In this document: positions 19,823 to 28,881 of the stretch, piece by piece
Layout of the letters: every line of letters starts with the position of its first letter
How positions within the stretch are numbered: the first letter of the stretch is position 1
Assembly: GCA_050246315.1 (NCBI GenBank)
Contig: JBFWWG010000003.1
Span: forward strand, 32,001-96,000
Reading direction: 5' to 3'
DNA: 64,000 bases
From: Nitrospiraceae bacterium
GTDB lineage: Bacteria; Nitrospirota; Nitrospiria; Nitrospirales; Nitrospiraceae
Notes under the pieces: model-generated
The model's input: the letters and a program-made list of their open reading frames with translations, nothing else
The model's database searches: none
What the model was told of the DNA's origin: nothing
Position numbers and translations under genes: made by a program

Positions 19823-20908
19823 ATGATGCGGGTTGCGGTGATCGGCTTAGGAGCCGTCGCCAACAATATTCACCTGCCGGCCTACCGTCGTCTGAAGGAT
19901 CGGATGACGCTCGTCGCCGGGTGCGACGTCGATCCGGTCGCGCGAGCGGCGATGGCCAAGTCCGGGGCATTTCAGGAGATCTACGATGATCCGGTCAGAA
20001 TGCTCGATCGGTCCAAGCCGGATATCGTGAGTATCTGTACGCCGCCGGCGCTGCATGTCCGCCAATGTCTTGAAGCGCTCGAACGCGGCTGCCATGTGTT
20101 TTGCGAGAAACCCCTGGCCGAGAGTCTCAGGGAGGCGGATATGATTATTGAAGCCTCCGCGCGCCTCCACCGCTCGGTTGTCGTCAATAGCCAGTTTCCG
20201 TACATGAACATGCATATGGCGGCCAAGCAGCGGATCGGGTCGCCGGAGTTCGGCCGACTACTGTTTTTGCACGCCTCGCAGACTTTTCGACCGACGGCGC
20301 AAACGGAAGCCGGATGGAGAGCCACGATGCAGCGCCGATTGTGTTTTGAGTTCGGAGTGCACGTCTTCGAACTGATCCGATATTTCTTCGATGGAACCCC
20401 GAACAGGCTGTGGGCCTTGATGCCGCGACCGCAGGTCGGGGGCGGTACGGAATCTTTGAATATCATTGCGATGGAATTTGCAGACGGACGCGCCGCTTCC
20501 ATCTTGCTGGACCGCTTGAGCAAAGGACCAGAAAGATATCTCGACATACGCCTTGACGGAGAACATGCGGCCATGACGACATCGATCGGGGGAGAACTCC
20601 GCGTCGAGGCCGGCCTCCACACGCGCCAGCGGAGACTCTTCGCAGGCTTTCATCTGGTGAAGGGCGGCAAGGCCGTTCTCCAACAGGCCGAGAGGACGGT
20701 CGTCATCGGGAAGGACGAGATGAATCCAATGGCTTCCGCCACAGCCGTCCACTTCGGAAACTTTTTGACGGCTCTTGAGACCGGCCGTCTTCCAGCGGGT
20801 ACCGCAGCGGACCACAGATCGACGCTCGCGCTGTCCCTGGCTGCGTACGACGCTGTCGAGTCGGGGAGGGCTGTGGAGATGGCTTCCTATCTGGGTCGCA
20901 CCGACTAG
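19823..20908 (+). CDS. Gfo/Idh/MocA family oxidoreductase
   Basis: RVAVIGLGAVA, SICTPPALH, HVFCEKPLA, FEFGVH. Confidence 0.85.
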   Translation: MMRVAVIGLGAVANNIHLPAYRRLKDRMTLVAGCDVDPVARAAMAKSGAFQEIYDDPVRMLDRSKPDIVSICTPPALHVRQCLEALERGCHVFCEKPLAESLREADMIIEASARLHRSVVVNSQFPYMNMHMAAKQRIGSPEFGRLLFLHASQTFRPTAQTEAGWRATMQRRLCFEFGVHVFELIRYFFDGTPNRLWALMPRPQVGGGTESLNIIAMEFADGRAASILLDRLSKGPERYLDIRLDGEHAAMTTSIGGELRVEAGLHTRQRRLFAGFHLVKGGKAVLQQAERTVVIGKDEMNPMASATAVHFGNFLTALETGRLPAGTAADHRSTLALSLAAYDAVESGRAVEMASYLGRTD

Positions 20909-20934
20909 TTGTCGGCTGTGCTTGAGGCTTGTCC

Positions 20935-21996
20935 ATGAAGGCACGATCGAACGGCGTGTCCGCTCGAGCCCAACACCCACTTCGGGTGGCTATTGTCGGT
21001 GCCGGTCTCATGGGCCGATGGCATGCCCATGCCTCCCGTAAATCAGGGGGAACTGTGGTGGCCGTTGCGGATCAGGATCCTGCTGCAGCGAGGCGACTCG
21101 CCGGACAATCCGGGTCAGTCCAGTGCTGCATGGATGTCAAGGAACTGCTCGACCAGGTGCCGTGCGAGGTGATCCATATCTGTACGCCAATGGCGAGCCA
21201 TGAAGAGATTGCCAGCTCTGCCATGGAATCAGGCAGACATGTATTGGTCGAGAAGCCTCTCACGCCGGATGCAGAGGGGACCCGACGGTTAATCCACCTG
21301 GCAGCTCGATGCGGTGTGCTCATGTGCCCGGTTCATCAGTTTGCCTTCCAGGACGGCGTACAAAAAGCGCAACGGCTGCTGAGCGCCATCGGACAGATTC
21401 TTCACATAGAAGCGACCTTTTGCTCGGCAGGCGGAGCGGGCCGCCCGGACCTTGAACTCGACGCCTTGGTGGCGGAGATTCTGCCGCACCCTTTGTCCCT
21501 GATGCAGGTGTTCCTATCGGGCCACACGATTCCGGAGAACTGGGCGGTGGTCCGTCCACGACATGGTGAATTTCGCGCCGCCACCGAGATCGAAGGCGTC
21601 ACGGCTTCGCTTGTCGTCAGCCTCCATGCCCGTCCGGCGCACTGTTCATTTCAGATCCTTGGCGCTGACGGCACGATCCATCTCGACCTGTTCCACGGAT
21701 ATGCATTTATGGAGCCGGGCTCCGTTTCCAAGGCGAGGAAGGTGCTCCGGCCCTTCGATCTGGCGGCAAGTCGATTTGCCGCGGCCTCGGTCAATCTCGC
21801 GTCGAGACTGTGCCGTCACGAGCCTGCGTACCCAGGCCTGACTCGCCTGGTTACGACGTTTTATGACGCGGTGCGGGAGGGTGGACCGCCACCAATCACC
21901 TCTGCGGCGATGGAGAATATCGCCAGAGTCCGTGACATCCTCTCCGTCGCCAAGCCGATTCCTGATGGTCCGCCCTGTGGGTCGAGAGCGGAATGA
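20935..21996 (+). CDS. Gfo/Idh/MocA family oxidoreductase
   Basis: RVAIVGAGLMG, HICTPMASH, HVLVEKPL, EILPHPLS. Confidence 0.85.
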   Translation: MKARSNGVSARAQHPLRVAIVGAGLMGRWHAHASRKSGGTVVAVADQDPAAARRLAGQSGSVQCCMDVKELLDQVPCEVIHICTPMASHEEIASSAMESGRHVLVEKPLTPDAEGTRRLIHLAARCGVLMCPVHQFAFQDGVQKAQRLLSAIGQILHIEATFCSAGGAGRPDLELDALVAEILPHPLSLMQVFLSGHTIPENWAVVRPRHGEFRAATEIEGVTASLVVSLHARPAHCSFQILGADGTIHLDLFHGYAFMEPGSVSKARKVLRPFDLAASRFAAASVNLASRLCRHEPAYPGLTRLVTTFYDAVREGGPPPITSAAMENIARVRDILSVAKPIPDGPPCGSRAE

Positions 21997-22510
21997 GAGC
22001 CCTGTGCGCACCAGGACCAGCCGATCGTCTGTTGCGAGAGCACGTGCAACGGCGGTACTTGCGATCACGGCACCGACGATCGGGGTCTTGGTCATAGGTG
22101 GAGAGGTGATGCTGCGGCTTACCGGTTACACGCCCTCTTATTTCGATGCACACGCCTCCATTCCGAGTCGGAATCCGGAACGACTTGACCAACTCAGGCC
22201 GGGATTCCATGGGCTCGGTGCCGGAGTCTCCGCGTCCTTCCACTCTATGGGATTGCGCGGAGCTGAACTCAGAACTCCAGGGGATGCTCGGGTCTTTGGT
22301 GTGCAGACGGTGGGCGAGGTGCCTGAATCGGAAAGGGCCACGTGTCCTGACGCGGTGGAGCCCTTCATCGATCCCGGACACTGCCCACAGTCGGCAGTGC
22401 CGAGACTCACCCTGCCGCGCAGCTTTACGAGAGAGTGGTCTATCAGGTTCATGTTTCGATATCGTAATGCCCCAAGCGCTCATGGGAGCGTGCGAGCCAT
22501 GGTGAGATGA
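21993..22510 (+). pseudogene. Eroded remnant of a membrane-anchored SGNH-hydrolase-like gene
   Basis: GEVMLRLTGY...LRPGF.G...SMGLRGAE resembles the N-terminus of such proteins; the GDS motif is lost (PGDARVFG); the ATGA-coupled start at 21993 is in a different frame that stops after ~35 codons. Confidence 0.5.
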
Positions 22511-22637
22511 GTCGGGATGATGACTGCACAGATGGCGGCCTCTCGTGGGATGGTAGTCCATTATCCCACCACCATAGCCATGACAGGACCTCGGCTCCAA
22601 GCAACCGGCACCGCGACCGTATTGCGAACCAGTCGTG

Positions 22638-23552
22638 ATGTCTCAACTTCATCGAGAAGGGCAAGACGAGCCTCCCGACCTGTCGGTCGTGATCGGGTCC
22701 CATAATGCACGAACCAGCATGAGAGACTGCCTGACCTCATTGCGGAAACAGCGGAACGGATGCCGTTCAGAGATTGTCGTCGTGGACAACTCAACCGATG
22801 GAACGGACGCCATTGTGTCCAAAGAATTTCCCGATGTGACGCTGATCCGTTCGTCTGCCGAGCATTGGATTCCGGAATTATGGGAGATCGGCGTGAGGGC
22901 CAGCCGAGGTTCGGTTGTCGCCCTCACGACCGCGCATTGCGTTCCGGACGAGGACTGGATGAAGGAGATCCTCGCGGCTCATCGTGACAGCACCTACGTG
23001 GGGATCGGTGGGGCCATCGAGACCGATGACTCGGCGAGCATCACGGGTTCGGCGGTGTATCTGTGCCGGTATGCGCGGTATATGCGACCGTTTGAGCCGC
23101 GCCTCATCGATGATATTCCTGCCGACAACGCGTCCTATAAGCGCTGGGCGCTGGACCGTTGCGCGGACGTGCGTGCGCGAGGCTTCTGGGAGCCTGACAT
23201 TCACGCCAAACTCATCGCGGAGGGCCATCGCCTTTGGTTGACGCCCAAGATCGGAGTGCGGCACAGAGGCTCATTCACCCTTGCGGAGTTCATGTCGCAA
23301 CGATTCTGGCATGGCCGACAATTCGGGTCTTCTCGCGCGAGGCGTCTGCCGATGCCGGTTCGCTTGGCCCACATTCTGGCGACTCCGCTCGTGCCCGTGG
23401 TGATGCTGACTCGAATCGCCCGTCAGCTCATACACAAGAGGCGACAGGTCGGACGGTTCGTCCTCGCCTCGCCCATTCTCGGCCTCTTCCTCATCAGTTG
23501 GGCGTCCGGGGAGGCGTTTGGATACCTGCGACCGTCGCCCACGCAGGCATGA
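22638..23552 (+). CDS. GT2-like glycosyltransferase with C-terminal TM helices, tandem paralog 1
   Basis: LSVVIGSHN, VVVDNSTDGT, ALTTAHC, IGGAIE, PADNASYKR, FWE, QRFWHGR, SWASGEAFGYL. Confidence 0.8.
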   Translation: MSQLHREGQDEPPDLSVVIGSHNARTSMRDCLTSLRKQRNGCRSEIVVVDNSTDGTDAIVSKEFPDVTLIRSSAEHWIPELWEIGVRASRGSVVALTTAHCVPDEDWMKEILAAHRDSTYVGIGGAIETDDSASITGSAVYLCRYARYMRPFEPRLIDDIPADNASYKRWALDRCADVRARGFWEPDIHAKLIAEGHRLWLTPKIGVRHRGSFTLAEFMSQRFWHGRQFGSSRARRLPMPVRLAHILATPLVPVVMLTRIARQLIHKRRQVGRFVLASPILGLFLISWASGEAFGYLRPSPTQA

Positions 23553-24463
23553 GGAACCTTGACGTCGTCCATCGGCCTCGGCTGTCTGTGGTTGTAGCCT
23601 GCACCTGTGAGTACCGGAATGTTCAGCCGGTCTTGGCTTCGCTTCACGGCCAAGCTGGAGCCGAAGGCGTCGAGATCATCGTGGTGGATGGCTCGGGGGG
23701 TCCGCCCACTGAGCCGACGGAGCGCGATCCCTTGCAGAGAACGATGCTCCGATTTCCCAATGGGACCCCTCTCCCCACGTTGTGGGGTGCCGGCATTGCG
23801 CAGGCGCGCGGCGATGTTATCGCCATGATGGATGCGTCTTCGGTTCCCGATGCGCAGTGGATCACCGCGACGTTGGCGGCGCACGAGTCTCCCGCCCTGG
23901 TCGTCGGCGGGGCCGTGGATCCCATTCCAGAGAGAGGTCTGGTCGATTGGGCCGCATATTTTTGCGAATACGGTCGATTCATGCGTCCCCTGAGCGCGGG
24001 GGTGGTTTCTGAACTCCCCGGAAACAATATGGCGTTCAAGCGCGCGGCCCTGGAACGGGGACGCCGCTTCGTCGAGCCCGCGTTCTGGAAGACATATTGG
24101 TGTCGGACGCTTCAGCGGGAAGGCGTGCAGCTATGCGCGGTTCCCTCCATGGTGACGTACGACGCGAAATCCTATCGGCTTCTGCCATTCCTCGTCCGGC
24201 GGTACCATCATGGACGCTGCTTTGCGGGGATGAGGAATCGAGAGATTTCGGGGATCATGCGCCTGCTGTATTTTCTGGGGACACCCCTCCTGCCGGTTGT
24301 CTCCCTCCTGAGAATCGCGAGGCCGATTCTCCAAAAGCGGCGGTACCTTCGACCGTTCTTGTTGTCGCTTCCCGCCTCGATCCTGGCCGTCGTCAGTTGG
24401 TCCGTGGGTGAGTGGTGCGGCTATCTGGCCGGACCTGGGACGAGTTGCAGGCAGGTGCAGTAA
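23549..24463 (+). CDS. GT2-like glycosyltransferase, tandem paralog 2
   Basis: ATGA overlap with paralog 1; LSVVVA, MDASS, VGGAV, DWAAYFCEY, PGNNMAFKR, FWK, HHGRCFAG, SWSVGEWCGYL. Confidence 0.8.
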   Translation: MRNLDVVHRPRLSVVVACTCEYRNVQPVLASLHGQAGAEGVEIIVVDGSGGPPTEPTERDPLQRTMLRFPNGTPLPTLWGAGIAQARGDVIAMMDASSVPDAQWITATLAAHESPALVVGGAVDPIPERGLVDWAAYFCEYGRFMRPLSAGVVSELPGNNMAFKRAALERGRRFVEPAFWKTYWCRTLQREGVQLCAVPSMVTYDAKSYRLLPFLVRRYHHGRCFAGMRNREISGIMRLLYFLGTPLLPVVSLLRIARPILQKRRYLRPFLLSLPASILAVVSWSVGEWCGYLAGPGTSCRQVQ

Positions 24464-24489
24464 GACATTCACGACGATATGGTCTCGCC

Positions 24490-25386
24490 ATGAGCCAACA
24501 CACCATTTCCGTCGTCATCGCCTGCGTCAATGGACTGCCGTCGATCCATGAATGTTTGACGGCCCTCGAGCGAGAACGCCAGGGCGTCTCTGCCGAGATC
24601 CTGGTGCTCTGCTGCTGCGGGAACACAACCGCGACGCACATCGCCACACACTTCCCGGCCTGCACATTGATCCATTTCCCCACGAGGTTGGCAATCCCGG
24701 AACTGCGCGCGATCGGAATGGCGCGCGCGACAGGGGAGATCGTCTCGATCATCGAAGATCACTGCCTCGTCGGGGAGGGATGGTTTCGCGAGATTCTCGC
24801 GGCTCACGAGAAGGGGTACGAGGCCGTCGGCGGCACGGTGACGAACGGCAGCGTCGAGCGCCTGACCGACTGGGCCGTCTTCCTCTGCGAATACAGCGGT
24901 GTCATGCCGCCCATCCCGGACGGTGAAGTCGCGGGGATCACCGGCAACAACGCGTCCTATCGAACAACCATTCTCGATCGGGTGGAGGATTCGACCAAGA
25001 GAGAATGCTGGGAACTCTTCCTCCATCAGGAACTCAGGCGGCAGGGCGTGAAGTTTCTTTCCGCGCCTTCGATCATCGTCAGTCATAAGAAGGAGTTCGG
25101 CTTCTGGTACTTCATGGCCCAGCGGTACCACTATTCTCGCTCGTTCGCTGGCATGAGAAGACAGCGTACGTCACGGCTGAACAGCCTTCTGTACGCCTGC
25201 GCGTCGCCTCTGCTTCCCGGCCTGATGCTGTGGAGGATGGCGCGTCAGGTATGGATCAAACAGCGGCATATGGAGAAATTCGTCCTGTCGCTGCCGTTGC
25301 AGGCCGCGTTCATGCTGAGCTATGCGGCGGGCGAATGCGTCGGGTATCTCTTCGGGTCCGGTGACAGCCTTCTCAAGGTCGAGTGA
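24490..25386 (+). CDS. GT2-like glycosyltransferase, tandem paralog 3
   Basis: ISVVIA, IEDHC, VGGTV, DWAVFLCEY, TGNNASYR, CWE, QRYHYSRSFAG, GECVGYL. Confidence 0.8.
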   Translation: MSQHTISVVIACVNGLPSIHECLTALERERQGVSAEILVLCCCGNTTATHIATHFPACTLIHFPTRLAIPELRAIGMARATGEIVSIIEDHCLVGEGWFREILAAHEKGYEAVGGTVTNGSVERLTDWAVFLCEYSGVMPPIPDGEVAGITGNNASYRTTILDRVEDSTKRECWELFLHQELRRQGVKFLSAPSIIVSHKKEFGFWYFMAQRYHYSRSFAGMRRQRTSRLNSLLYACASPLLPGLMLWRMARQVWIKQRHMEKFVLSLPLQAAFMLSYAAGECVGYLFGSGDSLLKVE

Positions 25387-26294
25387 CCACCATGTCGTCG
25401 TCCGGCCTCCGTCTCTCCGTCGTCGTGGCTGCGTCGCACTCGCCGGCGGAGCTGGAAGCCTGCCTGGCCTCGCTGAAAGATCAGCTCGTTGCGGGAGCGA
25501 TCGAAGTGATCGCGGTCTGTAACTACGGCGTGGAGCTCGATCAGACGACGAAGCTCCGATTTCCTTTTGCCCATCTCATCGTCGTTCCTCCTACGACCAC
25601 TGTGCCGCAACTGCGGACGCTCGGCATTCGCGCCTCGACCGGCGAGATCGTGGCGCTGCTGGAAGACAACGTGACAGTCGCCTCCACTTGGTCTGGGGCG
25701 CTGGTGAAAGGCCATGACTTTTCGCAGGCCATCGTCGGCGGACCCATCGAACGGGTCGGCCGACATCGAGCCGTCGATTGGGCGGTCTACCTCTATGAAT
25801 ATGGGAAATACATGCTGCCGGTTCCGGAAGACGAGATCACGTCTTTGCCGGGCAACAACGTCAGTTATAAACGAGCCTTGCTCGATACGATTCAGCAAGA
25901 GTGGAGAGACGGCTTGTTTGAAGCATTTCTCAACGAACGGTTGCGCGGGCAGGGATGCGTCCTTCGCCTGATTCCCGACGCGATCGCCTATCACACGAGC
26001 CGCTATCGCGTCGGAGAAGTGGTCGGGCAGTGTTATCACCACGGTCGCCATTTTGCCGGGCGACGAATGGCCGGGTCGGTGCTCCTCACTCGGCTCGGCT
26101 TTGCAGGCGCTGCAATTCTTCTCCCGCTCATCCTGCCCTTGCGGATTATTGTCCGTACAGTACGAAGGCGCCGCCACCTCGGCGCCTTGGCGGCCGCACT
26201 CCCATATTTGTCGCTCTTCTTGACGACCTGGGCATGCGGCGAATGCATCGGCTATCTCTTTGGAGAAGGGGACAGCGTCAAGCAATGGGTCTGA
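25383..26294 (+). CDS. GT2-like glycosyltransferase, tandem paralog 4
   Basis: GTGA overlap with paralog 3; LSVVVA, LEDN, VGGPIE, DWAVYLYEY, PGNNVSYKR, LFE, HHGRHFAG, TWACGECIGYL. Confidence 0.8.
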   Translation: MTTMSSSGLRLSVVVAASHSPAELEACLASLKDQLVAGAIEVIAVCNYGVELDQTTKLRFPFAHLIVVPPTTTVPQLRTLGIRASTGEIVALLEDNVTVASTWSGALVKGHDFSQAIVGGPIERVGRHRAVDWAVYLYEYGKYMLPVPEDEITSLPGNNVSYKRALLDTIQQEWRDGLFEAFLNERLRGQGCVLRLIPDAIAYHTSRYRVGEVVGQCYHHGRHFAGRRMAGSVLLTRLGFAGAAILLPLILPLRIIVRTVRRRRHLGALAAALPYLSLFLTTWACGECIGYLFGEGDSVKQWV

Positions 26295-27499
26295 CCAGTG
26301 CCGGAAGAAGGCCACGCATCGGAGTGGACGCGTGCTGTTGGTCGAATCGCCGCGGCTTCGGTCGATTCACCCGAGAATTGTTGTCGGCGCTCGTCGCTTC
26401 GGACGCAGACCGCGACTACATCTTCTTCGTAGATCAAGACACGGCGCGCACCTGCATGTTTCCTCGCGAGGCAAAAGTGGTGACTGCTTCGACCGATGTG
26501 GCACCCGCTGTCGCTGCGGCGGCGTCGGGGCGTCGCTCGCTAAAAGACATGTGGACGTTGAGCCACGCCGTAGCAAGAGAACCGATCGATCTCTTTTTCT
26601 TCCCCGCAGTCTATTCCTATTTTCCAATCATGAACCGTTGCAAGATCGTCGTCACCGTCCATGACATGATCGCCGATCACCATCCGGAGCATGTGTTTCC
26701 GAACTGGAAAGCGAAGTTCTTCTGGAAATTGAAGCAACGCGTCGCCCTCCTGCAGGCACACTCGATCCTGACCGTTTCGAATCATGCCAAGCAACAGATC
26801 GTCACCTATTTCCGGATACCGGAGTCCCGGGTGGCCACCACCACGGAAGGGCCGACTCATGCCTTCGTCCACCTCCCATTCTCCGATCGGACGGCCGAAA
26901 TCCTGTCTCGCATCGGCCTCAGAGCGGATGAACCCTTCGTGCTGTACGTCGGCGGGATCAGTCCGCACAAAAATTTGAGCGTCTTGGTCGACGCTTTTCA
27001 TCGAGTGGCGGCCGATTCATCTTTCGCCGGTCATAAATTGGTACTGGTAGGGGACTACCAAGGAGACGTCTTTTACTCCTACTACGACGCATTACGGGCA
27101 GACATCGACCGACATGGTCTTCAACCCAAGGTCATCTTCACGGGATTCGTGTCCGACCCGGAGCTCGTAGAACTCTACAATGCCGCCCAGGCGGCGGTCC
27201 TGCCGTCGCTCGAAGAGGGATTCGGGTTGCCGGCGGTAGAAGCCATGGCCTGCGGAACTCCGATCATTTGCAGTGACCGAGGGTCTTTGCCGGAAGTCGT
27301 CGGTCCAGCCGGACAATTGTTCGATCCCGGACGTCCCGACGAACTCGCGGCCGTGCTGCGTCAGGTGTTGGGGAACGAACGCCTGCGGGACAGCATGCGC
27401 GAAGCCGGCCTGCAACGATCGCAGACTTTTACCTGGGATGCCGCCGCGCAATCCACCCTGGCGCTGTTCGACCGTCTAATAGGCAGCCGGAAGCCATGA
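26285..27499 (+). CDS. Glycosyltransferase family 4
   Basis: RIGVDA...GFGRF, TVHDMI, PHKNL, EEGFGLPAVEAMACG; start set to ATG 26285. Confidence 0.9.
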   Translation: MGLTSAGRRPRIGVDACCWSNRRGFGRFTRELLSALVASDADRDYIFFVDQDTARTCMFPREAKVVTASTDVAPAVAAAASGRRSLKDMWTLSHAVAREPIDLFFFPAVYSYFPIMNRCKIVVTVHDMIADHHPEHVFPNWKAKFFWKLKQRVALLQAHSILTVSNHAKQQIVTYFRIPESRVATTTEGPTHAFVHLPFSDRTAEILSRIGLRADEPFVLYVGGISPHKNLSVLVDAFHRVAADSSFAGHKLVLVGDYQGDVFYSYYDALRADIDRHGLQPKVIFTGFVSDPELVELYNAAQAAVLPSLEEGFGLPAVEAMACGTPIICSDRGSLPEVVGPAGQLFDPGRPDELAAVLRQVLGNERLRDSMREAGLQRSQTFTWDAAAQSTLALFDRLIGSRKP

Positions 27500-28794
27500 G
27501 AACGCCGCTCCGTTTCTGCATGGTAACGACGTACTACCCTCCCTATCACTTTGGAGGAGATGGGACGTTCGTGTACCGTCTGTCCAACCTCCTGGCGGAG
27601 CACGGTCATGCCGTCGAGGTCATCCACTGTCGGGACGCCTATTATGCGGCCTGCGGAACGGAACCGACCGGCGAGTGGCCGAACCATCCTCGCGTTACCG
27701 TGCACCGATTGAAGAGTCGCGCGGGGTTCCTCTCGCCGCTGATTACGCAGCAATTCGGCGTTCCGGGTTTCAAAGCAAGACGGCTGAAACAGATTCTGAC
27801 GACCGGACAGTTCGACATCATCCATTACCACAATATTTCCCTTGTGGGTGGGCCGAAGGTGCTCGAGTATGGCGATGCCATCAAGCTCTATACCACGCAC
27901 GAGTACTGGCTCGCATGCCCGACGCATGTCCTCTTCCGCTTCAATCGAGCGGCGTGCACCAAACCGACTTGCTTCACCTGTCAGCTATCCTATCGCCGCC
28001 CTCCTCAGCTCTGGCGCTGGACCGGCATGATGGATCGCGCGCTCCGGCACATCGATGCCGTGATCTCGCCGAGCCGGTTTGCCGCGGATATCCACGCGCG
28101 CATGGTGCGAGGTCTTTCTGTGACAGTGCTCCCCATGTTTGTTCCGAAGTGTTCGGCCGGTGGGGGAGAACCGCCGCCGCCTGCAGCACTGGAAATCCGA
28201 CAGCCCTATTTCCTCTATGTGGGGCGACTCGAAAAGCTGAAGGGGCTTCAAGATGTGATTCCAGTGTTCATGCGCGATACACCCGCCGACCTTGTCGTGG
28301 TCGGCACCGGTCGGTACGAACCTGAACTGAAGCGCCGTGCAGGAGGCAGCTCACGCATCAGATTTCTCGGACCGCTGCCATTCGCCCAACTCCGTCACCT
28401 GTATGCCAAGGCCACGGCGCTGATCGTGCCATCGCTGTGCTACGAAACCTTCGGACAGGTTGTGGCCGAGGCCATCTCATTCCGCACACCCGTTATTGCG
28501 CGGGATATCGGCGCCTTGTCCGAGCTGGTGGCTGTGAGCGGAGGCGGCATTTTGTACCGAACCGAGGGTGAGTTGCGCGATGCAATCGAATCTCTTTGCA
28601 GATGTCACGACAGAAGGGATCACCTGGGAGAACGCGGCCACGCCGCGGTCTCTCAATATTGGACCGAAGATATCCATCTCGAGCAGTACTTCACGCTCAT
28701 CAGCCGAATTCAACGGAAACGGGAGGCTCAACGTCACGACGTAGCTGGTGAGGATAACTCTCCTGTCGGTTGCGACGATGATCTCCGCACATAG
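27496..28794 (+). CDS. Glycosyltransferase family 4 with a Cys-rich insertion
   Basis: YYPPYHFGGDG, HEYWLAC...C...C..C, YVGRLEKLKG, YETFGQVVAEA; ATGA overlap. Confidence 0.9.
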   Translation: MRTPLRFCMVTTYYPPYHFGGDGTFVYRLSNLLAEHGHAVEVIHCRDAYYAACGTEPTGEWPNHPRVTVHRLKSRAGFLSPLITQQFGVPGFKARRLKQILTTGQFDIIHYHNISLVGGPKVLEYGDAIKLYTTHEYWLACPTHVLFRFNRAACTKPTCFTCQLSYRRPPQLWRWTGMMDRALRHIDAVISPSRFAADIHARMVRGLSVTVLPMFVPKCSAGGGEPPPPAALEIRQPYFLYVGRLEKLKGLQDVIPVFMRDTPADLVVVGTGRYEPELKRRAGGSSRIRFLGPLPFAQLRHLYAKATALIVPSLCYETFGQVVAEAISFRTPVIARDIGALSELVAVSGGGILYRTEGELRDAIESLCRCHDRRDHLGERGHAAVSQYWTEDIHLEQYFTLISRIQRKREAQRHDVAGEDNSPVGCDDDLRT

Positions 28795-28881
28795 ACTGGC
28801 CGCCGGTGAAGGCGCACCATCCCTGCGAGTGCCTTTCACACTGGATTGACAATGGTGAACCACGGGATCGCTTTTCAGGGC

